The translations under genes were made by a program, and so were the position numbers. Positions 24,911 to 37,799 of a stretch of DNA of 64,000 nucleotides are shown here, one piece after another (within the stretch, counting starts at the first letter, position 1; every line of letters begins with the position of its first letter). Source of the stretch: Octopus vulgaris (lineage: Eukaryota); NCBI GenBank assembly GCA_951406725.2, contig OX597815.1, forward strand, positions 131,998,001-132,062,000, in the 5' to 3' direction. Under the pieces are notes generated by a model. The model was not told where the DNA came from. It was given only the letters and a program-made list of their open reading frames with translations, and did no database searches.

Positions 24911-25294
24911 AGCCACTGCTGTGGCTGTGTGGTAAGAAATTTGCTTCCCAGCTACAAGGTTCCGAGTTCAGTCTAACTGTGTAGCACTTTGGCTCAGTGT
25001 CTTCTACAATAGCTTCAGGGCAACCGAAGTCTTGTGAGTGCATTTCGTAGACGAAAACTGAAAGAGTTCCATCATATTTATACCCACGTATGTGTGTCAC
25101 TGTGTCTGTCCCGCATCCCCGTTGACAACCATTAGTGGGGTAATTACAAGCCCCGTAACCAGGATGTTTGGCAAAAGAGACGCTGAATAAGTACCAGGGT
25201 TTTAAAAAATAAGTGCTGGAGACCAATAAAAATTCATAAGCGTAGTGCTTAAGCACGGCCGCAGTCTAATGACTGAAGCAAGTAAAATATAAAA
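24911..25294 (+). mobile_element. Diverged SINE family 1 copy
   Basis: gtggctgtgtggtaagaa.tttgcttccca...gttccgagttcagtc...cacggccgcagtctaatgactgaagcaagtaaaa. Confidence 0.75.
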
Positions 25295-25319
25295 CATTAT
25301 ATATATATACATATTTATT

Positions 25320-25633
25320 TATCAGTTTTAGTTCAAAGCTGTGGCCATGCTGGGGCAGTGTCGATTTGCTACTCTGTTATTAGTGAGAGCTTCCTCTGTT
25401 ATGTGACATCTTGGTGAATAAGGCTGTTTGATGGCGCTGCCCTCATTTGCGCCTCTTGTCGCGAGGTAGGTTCATCTGGGACTCTCGACAGGAAGGGATC
25501 CAGTTTTGATTTGAAAATACCTACATTCGTTTTGTGTAGGTCCCTCATGTTCTTTGGGAGAATACTAAAAATCTGTGGGCCCCTGAATCCCAGACTATCG
25601 CAGTAACGGGTCCTGAAGCGCGACGGTATTGCT
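25320..25633 (-). mobile_element. CR1/L2-like LINE 3' fragment
   Basis: IPSRFRTRYCDSLGFRGPQIFSILPKNMRDLHKTNVGIFKSKLDPFLSRVPDEPT...RAAPSNSLIHQ is a typical ORF2 C-terminus. Confidence 0.75.
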
Positions 25634-26539
25634 GTATGTATGTATATATGTATGTCAGTAAAGGTTATAGTCTCCAATTTTGTACAAGACATTGTAGATC
25701 TTTAGCTGGGCTAAAAAGTCACATTCGATCACAGCACCAGTAACAGTTAAGCTTCGTGCAATGGCCATACTCGATAACGAGGGGGCAGCCATAATGTATG
25801 TATGTATGTATGTATGTATTTATGTATGTATGTATGCATGTATATATATGCGTGTGTATGTATGTATGTACTTTTATGTATATTTATATATTGTGTAATT
25901 GAAATAAGTGATGAATAATTTTGTTCTGCATAGCATATACACGTATACGTATACATGCATGTTTCCAAGTATTTTGATTTCAACCAGGCACACAATTAAT
26001 ACACATAAAGAAGTCGATAACATTTATAGTCTGAGAAAATTAAATCAAGATGATATGTAACTCAAACGAGTCATTGTCATTTACTTGATCAAGAAGAACA
26101 AATCAAATTATATGAAATAATTTACAAGATAAATTCTAGATTTATTGACATTATTTTAGCTGCAAGAAAAGCTAAGCAAATACCTAGTAAACACTGAAAC
26201 CGACTGCAACTGAGATAATGGGTGGAGGGCATGTTCATTGTACTAAGTGGAAACTGTTCGTTGCTCTGTATTTGAAGAAATACATAATGGCATATATTCA
26301 TATTTAAATGTTTACACTCTTATAAACTTGCTACAATCGACATGATCTCCTCGGGAATAATTAAGAACTATTTGTAAAATTTATCATCTCATCTTGGGCG
26401 AAACATCAAGATTCTACAGTCTATTGTTTAACGTACATATATATGTGTGCGTATAAATTTGCGTGTATATATATATATATATTTGTGTGTGTGTGTGTGT
26501 GTATATGTATGTATATAGATATTTATATATATGTATGTA

Positions 26540-26587
<48 letters not shown>

Positions 26588-26697
26588 CATTACAGATATA
26601 GGGTGAAAGATAATTAATTTAATAAAATCAACAAATTTCACCTACTAGTATTTCGGTATGGAAAAGACCGTATTCGGTAAAAACTTATATAATTATA

Positions 26698-26799
26698 ATA
26701 ACAATAAGGGTTTTGCAACAAGTTGCTTGATCACATACCGTTGCTTGACCAATTTTCGGTATGTGGTCAAGCAACTTGTTGCAAAACCCTTATTGTTAT
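26698..26799. repeat. 43-bp-arm hairpin (1 mismatch)
   Basis: ataacaataagggttttgcaacaagttgcttgatcacataccg / cggtatgtggtcaagcaacttgttgcaaaacccttattgttat; 16-nt loop. Confidence 0.9.
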
Positions 26800-26814
26800 A
26801 AATATATATATATA

Positions 26815-26933
26815 CATCACCGTGATCATCGTAACCGACCAGGCTATCAGATGTTGCTACACATCGCTGGTCACAAGGCGCTTCGCCTTGTTTTAGCCTT
26901 CAAATGACGCCACCCCGCTGGCTAAGCGAGCAG

Positions 26934-26937
<4 letters not shown>
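26815..26937. repeat. Unclassified short GC-richer interspersed repeat fragment between TA tracts
   Basis: catcaccgtgatcatcgtaaccgaccaggctatcagatg...gctaagcgagcaggcca; compositional island only, family not assigned. Confidence 0.4.
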
Positions 26938-27019
<82 letters not shown>

Positions 27020-27981
27020 CATAGATAAATAGATGTGTCTTTATGTATATGTGATATGCGTATGTGTATGTGCGTGCGTGCATGTGTGTGTATGAGTGTA
27101 TGTATGTTTGTAAGTATGTGATTTGTTTGTATGAACATGTGCGTCTCTATGGGTGTGCGAGTGTGATTGCATATATGTTCACGTTGAATATTCTATTAGG
27201 AAACGTTTCCTTTCTAAGCAGAATATTATTTGCATATTCTTATTGCAGAGACACTTTTCTATGACGTAATGCATCAGTGGCAGGTGAAACGAATTTTCGA
27301 AACGTAGAAGATACTACTTTACTTTGTATTTATCGCATCTATCAATGTTACCTTTTAATTTATTTTTCACGTAAGGAAATTATACGAACGAAAATAATCA
27401 TAGCGTATGCATGTATCTAACAACAAACGTTAGCATCATGCAGGTTTTCATACAGTAACAAGTCACTTCGACCTTAGAACACAGCTTTTTTCACTTGATA
27501 TACCTAAAAGAAATTGAAAACTGCCGATGAATTAGTGTTGGTTGAGAATTATCATTCCCCTCTTTCTCATTTCATTGCTCGAATTATTTTTATTGAATGT
27601 TATCATTCTAAGGAATCCTTTTCTTAAAGGCAGAGTCACAGGAAATAAAAGAATGAGTTCAGTTAAGTATTACATCCGATGGTAGTAATATACCGAATAC
27701 TGAAGATAAAATCCGTAACTTTAATAGAACATCACTATATATGATGGAATGCTGTAATTTCATGGATATTGAATTGTGTCAGTTGGTGGTATCCACGTAT
27801 GACGAATATGTAAATGGTATTATAAAATCCATCTATATTTCCACGTTATAATCTTGCACAACACAGGGTATATTTAATGGCATGTAAATTTTTTCAGTAA
27901 TTTTCTCTATTCTATTTCTCCTGCTCTCTACTTCCTCACCGTCCGCTTTCATATGCACATGTATGCAGGGAGGCACAACTG

Positions 27982-28192
<211 letters not shown>

Positions 28193-29141
28193 CAGCCATA
28201 CTTGCATATATGCCTGTGTATGAGCCTATGCATATACATAAATGCACATATAACAAAGGAAGAACGCTGCATATGAAATAATTTAGTTTTTTTGTACCTC
28301 TCTGAATAGGCAAATATCTATATATGTGTATGTGTGTTTGTTGCATATGTGTCTATTTGTATATACATTATGTATGTATGTATGTTGGTAGGTCGGTAAG
28401 TATGTATGTAGATAAGTAGGTAGGTAGGTATGCATGTATGTATGTATGTATGTATGTATGTAGTATGTAGGTAGGTAGGTAGGTAGGTAGGTAGGTAGGT
28501 AGGTATATGACCTATATATGCATAAGAATTTGAATATTATGTTCATGCTTACATTTTATCAAAAACTGTGCACAATTATATTTTATAAATCTTGTTGACA
28601 TATGAAGCTTTTTTCAAATCTTAGATCAGTTTCACCAAGACATTTGAAAAATGTCAATATGCTAAAGAAATTACAGTGTTCCCTTGAAGGTATATAATAT
28701 ACTTTCATGCTGAATGATACTCTAATAGGCCAATGTATTTCCTATCGGTGTAAATACACGTATTGTCAGGAGAATTCAATTGCCTTCCAGGCATTGTCCA
28801 GACGCTTGGGTTTTTTTAGTTTGTTCAATACTGTTATATGGCGAAATCAGCTGCTAACCTGGTTGAGTTACATCGAAGTCTTAAGAAATGTTATTTAACA
28901 TTTATATGTATAAAAAAACTTGAGATAATAATTTATACTGGTATGAATATAACCAAATGACAACTACTCATAAAATAGTAATATTAATAGACATTGAGGT
29001 CTTTAAAGCAAGATATTTGCATCATTTTCTTCCGTTGGTGAATATTTATTCGATATTAATTAGAAATTGTTCAGTTTTGTAAACAATATTTTTCCCTTTT
29101 GTTACAGAAAACTGGTCGTCTTCGGACAAATTGTTCTGTAC

Positions 29142-29210
29142 CAGTGACTCCCAACCTGGGATCCGCGGACCCCTGGTGGAACGCAAAGGTAGTACTGAGG
29201 TCCGTGAACT
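29142..29210 (+). mobile_element. hAT/Charlie-like terminal fragment
   Basis: CAGTGACTCCCAACCTGGGATCCGCGGACCCCT resembles hAT MITE ends; no partner TIR found. Confidence 0.5.
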
Positions 29211-29225
29211 AAATTCAAAATGTCA

Positions 29226-29318
<93 letters not shown>

Positions 29319-29505
29319 GTATGTATATGTACAAATACATTTCAGTGCGAAAGGTTTTTTTATACGGCGCCGAGTTTACCAACCTGTAAATAATAATAAT
29401 AATGGCGTTGTTTCATACAAGCTTAAATAACTAAAGAAAATAGTTTAATAAAGGGGCATAAAAAGCCCTCGAAGAAAAAAAAAGGCTTTCCTATCCGTGT
29501 GGGAG

Positions 29506-29547
29506 TCGAATCCACATCCCTTTGTTTACAAAGGGATGTGGATTCGA
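29506..29547. repeat. Perfect 20-bp-arm palindrome
   Basis: tcgaatccacatccctttgt-tt-acaaagggatgtggattcga. Confidence 0.9.
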
Positions 29548-29921
29548 TTTTTTTCTGGATAATTTTCGAATTGGATAATTTTTTTCTTGAATAATTTTCG
29601 AAATGAAAAGCCGGCAAGGAGCTTGCGCTTGCGCGGTAGATTTAGAAAATTAGAATGTATAAGCATGGGGCATATACTGGATTGCCTCGTGTATGTATAT
29701 ATTTAATCTAAGGTATACCTGCTAAAGAAGACTTCGCCGAGAAAATTATTTCATTTGCTGAAAAAAGTCTGAAACCATTAGTCCAGGAGTTAGATGGTAA
29801 ATGTTTTTTTATTCATTACCTTCGAAATTTTATCCATAATAATGCGTTGGAAGTTAACTGTTCTCTCTAGCATGCAAGGAACCCTATGATGGATGCCTCT
29901 TATGTGTTTAAATGTACACTG

Positions 29922-29997
<76 letters not shown>

Positions 29998-30015
29998 TGT
30001 ATGTATGTATGCATG

Positions 30016-30047
<32 letters not shown>

Positions 30048-30403
30048 TGTATGTATGTATGTATAAACTACCAAATTATCATTAAATTAATTAATGACTA
30101 TAAGCAAGCCAAAGATATGTATATTTAGGAGCTAATGAAGAGGTCTCACCGTCGTCACTCGACCGGCTTTAAATACCAGTTGTTTTTCCTGAACTATATA
30201 CTACCTCGTTTCAAAATGCCAGAAAATGTAAAATGTAGTTTAGGATAAGCAATGTCTGAGTAAAAGGTAAATATTGCGTGCCTACAAAATCTCTGGTCAT
30301 ATGTTTGCACAGTGACACGAAAAGTGCAACAAAATAAGGAAAGCAACCGCGTGACACAATTTTAAATGCCTCATATAATTTATCTCGTTTACAATATTCG
30401 CAT

Positions 30404-31564
30404 TCGAGGTCTGGTCTATAAATGCCCGGACTGCTGCTCTAAAAGCAAAACTACAACATGAAACAATTTTGCATTTAATCTCCCTCAAAAACGTCCCCTT
30501 CGGAAGCCACACACAATTGCTGGAAGCATTCCTAAAACTCGTTTTCTGGGATAATCAGCAGCTGCCACGTCACATGCACTTAGATTTCCTCGACGTCCTG
30601 AAAGCTTCCTTTCAAACAAGATTTTATTTTTGGAAACAGGGAAAAGTCGTAAGAAGCGAGATCTGTCGGAACTGGGAATTGCTGCGCCTATCCAAAAACT
30701 GTTACACAAACTGCCCTGAAGGCTGGTGCGTTGTCATGGTGAAATTGCCACTCACTGGACGCATGCGATTGTGACATTTCCCAACGGATAGCATCCTGTA
30801 CACGCCGCAAAATGTCACGGTAGTACTCCTGTAGTCGAATAAAAAAGTCAACAGTGTCTTTATATTGCTTCGACTCATGAGATGTTGGGGTCATCCACTA
30901 CGAACATTGAGCCTTTGTTTCGGGGTCATAGCTATAGATTCACGATTCCTTACTCGTTTTGACCGTTTTCAAAACCTTTTCATCGTTCTCGGCACAATCA
31001 AGGAGATCTTGTGCAACTGAATCCCGAGTGTCGTTTTGGTCAGCTGAAAGCAGTTTTGGCACAAATCTTCAGTGACAATGGTGGATTGAACTGAACCGTA
31101 ACTAATCTGAAATCCGCTGATACTCACGGATTGTGATTCGATGATTTCCCCACAAAGCTGAACTCACATCTGCTATGTTTTTCTCAGTTCTACTGGTTGC
31201 AAGTGTCCCAGAACGTTCGTCTTTATCGACATTTTTCGGCCATCTTGGAAAATCTGAACCACTTGTATAGTTGTGTGTGGCTGATATCCTCCTCTCTATA
31301 CACTTTTTGCAACATCTTGTAGGCATTTGAGCAGGAATCGCCAAACTTTTGCCAAAATTTGATGCCGATTTTCTGCTCAACTCTCTCTGGATTTGGTCAA
31401 TGCGACGATCACACGCTTCACACTTTCCTTCCAAACATTGTTGTAAGCAGTGGAAGTGCTTGCGCAGCAGCGTTTAAGGTCAATCTGTGCCATGTGGCTT
31501 CAGTCTGTGTGCTTTAGCTCGTTACTAGGGCAACCGTCTGGATACTTATTGATCTGACCACGTA
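30404..31564 (-). mobile_element. Decayed mariner transposon with TIRs
   Basis: TIRs cgaggtctggtctataaatgcccggactg and rc tacgtggtcagatcaataagtatccagacgg; transposase remnants DKDERSGT..TSRTEKNI, WQFHHDNAPA, PDLASYDFSLFPKIK, CVASEGDVFEGD*. Confidence 0.85.
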
Positions 31565-32161
31565 CATCCACGCAAGCATACATATGCATACATTTTCACT
31601 GTGTATAAAACCTATATATGCATATGTATAACTATATATCTATATCTGTCGATCTTTCTATAATATATGTATGTCATTAATCCAAAATTTTTATTAAATC
31701 TAAACATATGGACACATTTCTTTTGTTGAACTAGAGGTCATCACCCTCTCCAGATTCAGCATGGCTTCTCATAGACTTTAATTTGCCCCGTTGAATGAAA
31801 TTATACAAGCCATACTAAATCAAATCTGAACAGTCAAAACGATTCACCTCTTATTTTCTCTTTTCCTTTTCTCCTTCAACTTTTTACTGTTTTCTCTTTC
31901 CACTTTTCACCTTTATCTTCCTCTTCTCCTTTTTCGTAGTGTCTTTTCAAAGACCAGCATTTTTCCCGTTGATTTTCTTTGTTTGTTTTGTGTGTTTTGT
32001 TTTGTTTTGTTTTGTTTCTGAATAGACCATCTATGTTGTATATCTGAGTTTCAAATATTGGTTGGAAACACCAGGCTTGATATATAAAATTTCCAGTTTA
32101 TTGTGTTTTCACTCCATGAAATAAATAATGTGTATATTGAATGGTATTGATCTCTCTCTCG

Positions 32162-32224
<63 letters not shown>

Positions 32225-33724
32225 ACAGAATAAAGTACCTTTATGTTGATCTCATCGTTTAAAACAATAGCCTTTTTGAATTATGTCACGCAGTCGATGT
32301 CAGCTTGTAACTGATTAAAACTAGCTGGAATATATAAATTCCTTATTAAATATAAAGAAAGTGATGATTATGACGATGCATTCCGGTATAATATATTTAA
32401 CACTACGAATCTTCATTTCTATATTGGGAAGCAGTACAGCCAAGGAGAGAATTCTTAGACATAAAGCCTTCCTTGAAGAAGCAAATGAAAACAGCTATAT
32501 GAATGAAGTTTTGCTAAGAGAGACATTTAGGCAAACATTTCAGAGGTAACCAGGTTCCCCTTTCTAGGATTCTAGGATTCTATTCTATACTTAACTGCAA
32601 GGAAGTAAGAAAATGACATAGAACTTCCGATTTTACAAAGCTCCTTATGCTGCAATCAACACCGAAATTCATTGCCAGATGTCTGTAAAGATACCTACTA
32701 ATGTTAGACTGCCAAATATAAAAGCTTGAAGAAAGATATTATATATTTGTCAGCAAATGTGCATGGTGCCATTGAAATATAAAAACGAAGTTATGGAAAA
32801 TAACACTATTCCCATAAATGACTTTTTGCTAATCAAACCTGAATACAAAATTTGTTTTCAAAGTATATCGTAGTATAATGTAATTTATCGAGCGTTGTCT
32901 TTACTGTTGTAATTAGTAATATATTGAACAGATTTTTCGCAACACACACAAACAAAAGAGGATTTCTTAACAATGTTTTAGGTCATATAACTTAATAAAG
33001 AGTTATACCAGACGAGACAACAAATGTATCTTGTTTCTTTATTTGTTAGAACTAGTAAACCAATATCCCTCAAATCATGTCGTATCACCTTAAAAATGAA
33101 CACATTTGCTAATACAGACCTAAATGTACTACTTTATGTAAAGTATCGAATTGTTTCAAATGAAATGCCTTAGATTCCATACATTCTCGAACAGTGCTGA
33201 TCTGGGATAAATGAAAATAAGAAGAATAACCATTCTTCTAGTAATACGGTGTTATTGAAACCTGAATATAGTGACGCAGTCACCATGTGAAATGTGACAT
33301 GTAGGAAATTGCAGTAGAACCATCTTACATAAACTGGAAACAAACAAAACAAAGTTTACATTTACGTCATAGTAGATATTTAATAACATTTATCAGACAA
33401 CATAAACTAGATACTGCTATGATAATAGTTATATTAAGAGAATTAACGTTGTATATGTGCGAGTGTAAAAGAAACATCTCTAACATGACGGACATTTTCG
33501 ATACGAAAACTAGAAACTACGAAAGCGAAAACGATTAAAACACCTGCTATTACTTTTATCAACATTGCCAGCGTAATCTCTGCTGGCAGATGTCTGTCAT
33601 TTCCTATAATATGTTGCGCAATTCTTGATTCCCTGTATAGGTAAACCCTAACTTCTTGATGTTGATCTTCATTAACGCCAGAGCAATCCACGTCAAAGAG
33701 AACTATGGATTTATTTATTTATTA

Positions 33725-33885
33725 ATTTTTAAAATACATATTTTACCTGTGAATTTGTGTGTGTAATGTGAGAATGCATACAATGTGCTTTTCTGCCCTT
33801 GGTATACGGAAAACACACGGCAAGAAACGGAAGAAAATTTGAAGAAAGAAAGTAAAAATAGTAATAATAATAATAATGATAATAG
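33725..33885 (+). mobile_element. Short 3'-UTR copy related to the Dong-like LINE at 17.7-22 kb
   Basis: tgccctt..gaaaacacacggcaagaaacggaagaaaatttgaagaaagaaagtaa..taataataat matches rc of 17686-17745. Confidence 0.7.
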
Positions 33886-34194
33886 CGCCTGCTTTGACAG
33901 CGGCTGGATGTGTTCTTTGCTGTTCTGATTAGACTGCACAATTAAAAAAACTGTAAATCACAGCAAAATTTACAAAAAGAAAGAAAAATTGTAAAGAAAA
34001 AAGATTCATAAATTCAAAAATTCGACGAGGTGAACATTACCCTTACGGGCTATCTTTTACTGGAAAGCAATACTTTCGTATTGCATTATTATTTTCATTG
34101 AAACTTCTTCACTGTTATCGTTCTGTTAACGTTTTGGCGTTCAGACGAGTGTACTGGCATAGATGTGGCAACATTTGAAATATTGTCCAGATAT

Positions 34195-34265
34195 ATGCAG
34201 CTGATGAAGACAAATCAAATCTACGTTGTCAAACGTATTTGAAGAGTCTGAAACCGATCTTGCAT
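34195..34265 (+). ncRNA. Type-I hammerhead ribozyme motif with long stem II
   Basis: ATGCAG-CTGATGA-[AGAC..TCAAAT..ACGTT..AACGT.TTTGA..GTCT]-GAAAC-CG-ATC-TTGCAT. Stem I 6 bp; one change from palindromic GAAACCGGTC. Confidence 0.65.
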
Positions 34266-34449
34266 TATCCGATTCTAGGTTTTCCATTTTCAGTTGTTCT
34301 TCCTAGAGGTAAGACAAATTTTTTCATGTTTGTTGCACACACACGTCTTTGCTCGTATATACGCAGTGAAGCTATACAATAGCGTCGTATTTATTACGAT
34401 TGCTAGTTTCCAGTAAATATCGGTGCCTTGTTGTACCATTTATTTACTT

Positions 34450-34513
<64 letters not shown>

Positions 34514-34514
34514 A

Positions 34515-34715
34515 TTTCGTTTTGGGATTTGGTTTGCAAGATTCTTTGTGACTTCGTATTTTGAAGCATATTGTGTTGTCTGGGGAGAGTCATTTTCTTT
34601 TTGTGCCTTATAATTTAAGACACTCACTAGTAAAATTTTCACTTATTTTTTTATTGTTATTTTCCTAAAATTTTCGTTGCGTCTTGCAACCGTTTCAATA
34701 GTCTTGACTATAGTC
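34515..34715 (+). repeat. Interspersed repeat (MITE-like); rearranged copy at 63690-63860
   Basis: ggatttggtttgcaagattcttt...gaagcatatt...gtgccttataattta and ttcctaaaat.ttcgttgcgtcttgcaaccg are shared with the 63.7-kb locus. Confidence 0.7.
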
Positions 34716-34879
34716 TTCCTTTTTGTTTTTTTTGTGCGCATGAGTGTGGGTCAGTGTGTGTATGTGTGTGTGCCTATGCATGCATGCATGCATGCACGTA
34801 TGTATGTGTTTATGTAAGTATGTATGCATGTGTGTGTATGTATACATGTGTGGTAAGATAAGATGGTAAGATAAGGCCA

Positions 34880-37336
34880 AAGAATGAAGGGATACCAGCA
34901 GAGTTGGTTATTCACAGTAGATGAGTAGACATTCTACAAAGAAATAAATGGAGAGTGTACAGATAAACAGTTGATACCAGATAACATCGACAGTCAAATG
35001 TTTTGGAGTGACACCTGGAGCAAAGACAAGGAGTTCAATAAAGATGCTGAATACATTGTTGCATGAACTGAAACAAATAGTATTCTGTCCAAAACAAGCA
35101 GAACTAGTAATTTCAGTCAAGGAAGTGAAGGAAATCAGCAACAAATGGGCAACTGGAAGGCCCCGGGACCAGATTGACTTCAAGGCTACTGGATCAAAAG
35201 ATTTGGTGAATGTCATGCACAAATATCTGCACAGCTCTAAACCTAGTTAAAAGCCGACCAAATAATACCGGAGTGCTGTACTGGAAAAACATCGGAATAG
35301 ACAATATGGTAGACAATCACTAGCTGTTATCCTGGTTGCCACTTATGTGGAAATTAATAACTGGAATAGTCGTAGAGTCAATGTACGGGTATCTGGGGGA
35401 AAAAAACGGAGTCCTGCCATATGAGCAGAAGGTTTGCAAGTGTAAGTGCAGAGGTACCAAGTATCAACTCCTGGTAGACAAAATTGTACTTAGAAACTAC
35501 AAGAGGAGGAAAACTAACTTAGCCATGCCATGGATCGATTATCGTAAGATGTACGATATGATCCCAAATTCTTGGATTATGGAATGCATGACCTTTGTTG
35601 GTATTGCACCGAATCTTGAGCGAATGCTTGGAAAAAAGTGTGGCGAAGTGGATGACGGAACGGTCAGCATATGGAAGAAGTTTAGAGGCAATAGACATCA
35701 GGAGAGGCATCTTCCAAGGGGATTGCCTCTCCCCACTGATCTTTCTACTGTACATTATACCACTAATACTGATTCTGAGGAAAGCGAAGGATGGGTATGT
35801 ATTCAAGAGCTGCCAACAAAAAGTTAACCATTTGTTATTCATGGATGATCTCAGACTTTAAGGGAAAGATGGATCCTAAATTAGTTCCCTCGTTGATGCG
35901 CTGTATACCTTCAGTGCTGATATCAGAATGGAGTGCGGACTGAAAAAGTGTGGTGTGTTAGTCTTGACGAGAGGCAAAATCAAGTGTATGGACGGCATAG
36001 CGATACTGTCAGAGGAAGTTATGAAACAAATAGAAGAGACAGGCTATAAGTACTTGAGGACATTGGAAGTGGATCATTTGATGGAGAAAGAAACGACAGA
36101 AAAATTTAAGGTGGAGTATTTGCGCAGACTGAGACTGATCCTTAAGTCGAAATTAAATGGGTGGAATAAGATCGAAGCTATCAACACCTGGGTGGTTTCA
36201 CTCTTTAGATATGGAGCAGGGGTAATCGAAAGGACAGTAGACGAACTAAACAGCTTAGACAGAAGGACAAGAAAGTTGCTAACTAGATATGGGTCACTGT
36301 AACCAAAAGTGACATAGACAGACTGTATGTACCAAGAAAAAAGGGAGAAGAGGACTTATTGGATGTGAACACAACATTAGAGCAGAAGAAAACGACATAG
36401 CATGATATGTAAAAAAGATGCCACAGAACCGCTATTATTAGAAGTAGGAAGGTCAGGCCTATGTATGGTGAAAGATTGCAAACATAAAGCACTATACAAG
36501 AAATTGAAAATGAATGAAACTGAAAATAAGGATGTTGAAGATACGACAGTCAGAGAAAAACGATGGCTGTGGATGACTAAACGTGATTTAAAACCAGAAA
36601 CGAAGGCTCTAATCTTTGCTGCCCAAGAGCAAGCATTAAGAACAAATTACATAAAATACAGAATAGACAACACTGCAGAAAGTGATAAGTGTAGAATCTG
36701 TGGCCAAATAGGAGAAACCTTATGGCATATTGCCAGCCAATGTACGCCACTATCTCAGAAGGAATATAAGATACGCCACGACAATATAGCCAGGCTTGTC
36801 CATAGGACACTTTGGAACAAGGATGGACTCGACAGAGTAAAAAATTGGTACGACCACAAATCTGAAGGCATTGTTGAAAATAGAAATGCAAATATCCTAT
36901 GGGATTTCGTGATTCAGTGCGACCAGGAGATAGAGAATAGGAAGCTGGACATAGCCTAAATTGAGAAAGAAAACAAACTATGCTGGATCATAGATATAGT
37001 ATGCCCAGCTGACAACAAGGTATGCGATAAGGAAGAAAGAAAAGTCAAGAGATATGACAGGTTAGCTTGGGAAGTTAAGCAGTTGTGGTTGATGAAAAAG
37101 GTAGCAGTAATCCCAATAATTGTCGGAGCCCTGAGAACAGTGATTAAAAATCTCGAGAAGTACGTGGAAAAAATATGGGCTGCAATAAGGGTGGAGCACT
37201 TGCAGAAAACAGCACCGCTTCGAACTGCTCGAATACTCATGAAGGTGCTCGAAAAATAACAGGTGTTACCTTAGTTCACTGGTAGTGAACAGCTGACACT
37301 GTAGTACATCTCTAGTGTTAGAAGCTGCGCAAAGGA

Positions 37337-37425
<89 letters not shown>
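34880..37425 (+). mobile_element. Decayed, 5'-truncated R4/Dong-like LINE with (TAA)n tail
   Basis: [81 protein letters not shown]; tail (AAT)n 37338-37425; multiple stops and frameshifts. Confidence 0.9.
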
Positions 37426-37799
37426 TAAGGAATAGCTCCGGGCTAAATGACAACATTGATGTACACTAAGAAACTCTCTCCACAAAACAATCTTAATCCA
37501 ATTACAATGGAAGGAAAACTTTGCGATACAACTTTGGGAAAATTCCTTTTAAAGCAAAGGAACTAAAAAATCGGTAGTTTAATTTTTAAATGCGTGAAAG
37601 GCAAAACGTCGAAACCAGCACCAAGAACCCTGCAAAAATACACTAATTACACAGTCAGTACGCAAATTGAATAATTACTTATACACGCAACGGTCCGTGC
37701 ATCCGTGTGCAGCAGACTCTGCTACTGAAACAAATTCTCAAAAAACGAACTACCGTGTAATCAGAACCAGGATATCTCTAACCCTAGACATGTAGTGAC

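Noticed and set aside
33443-33691. 82-aa minus ORF with a hydrophobic stretch
   Set aside because: No recognisable domain; another frame (INIKKLGF..QELRNIL) resembles a decayed RLE LINE C-terminus.
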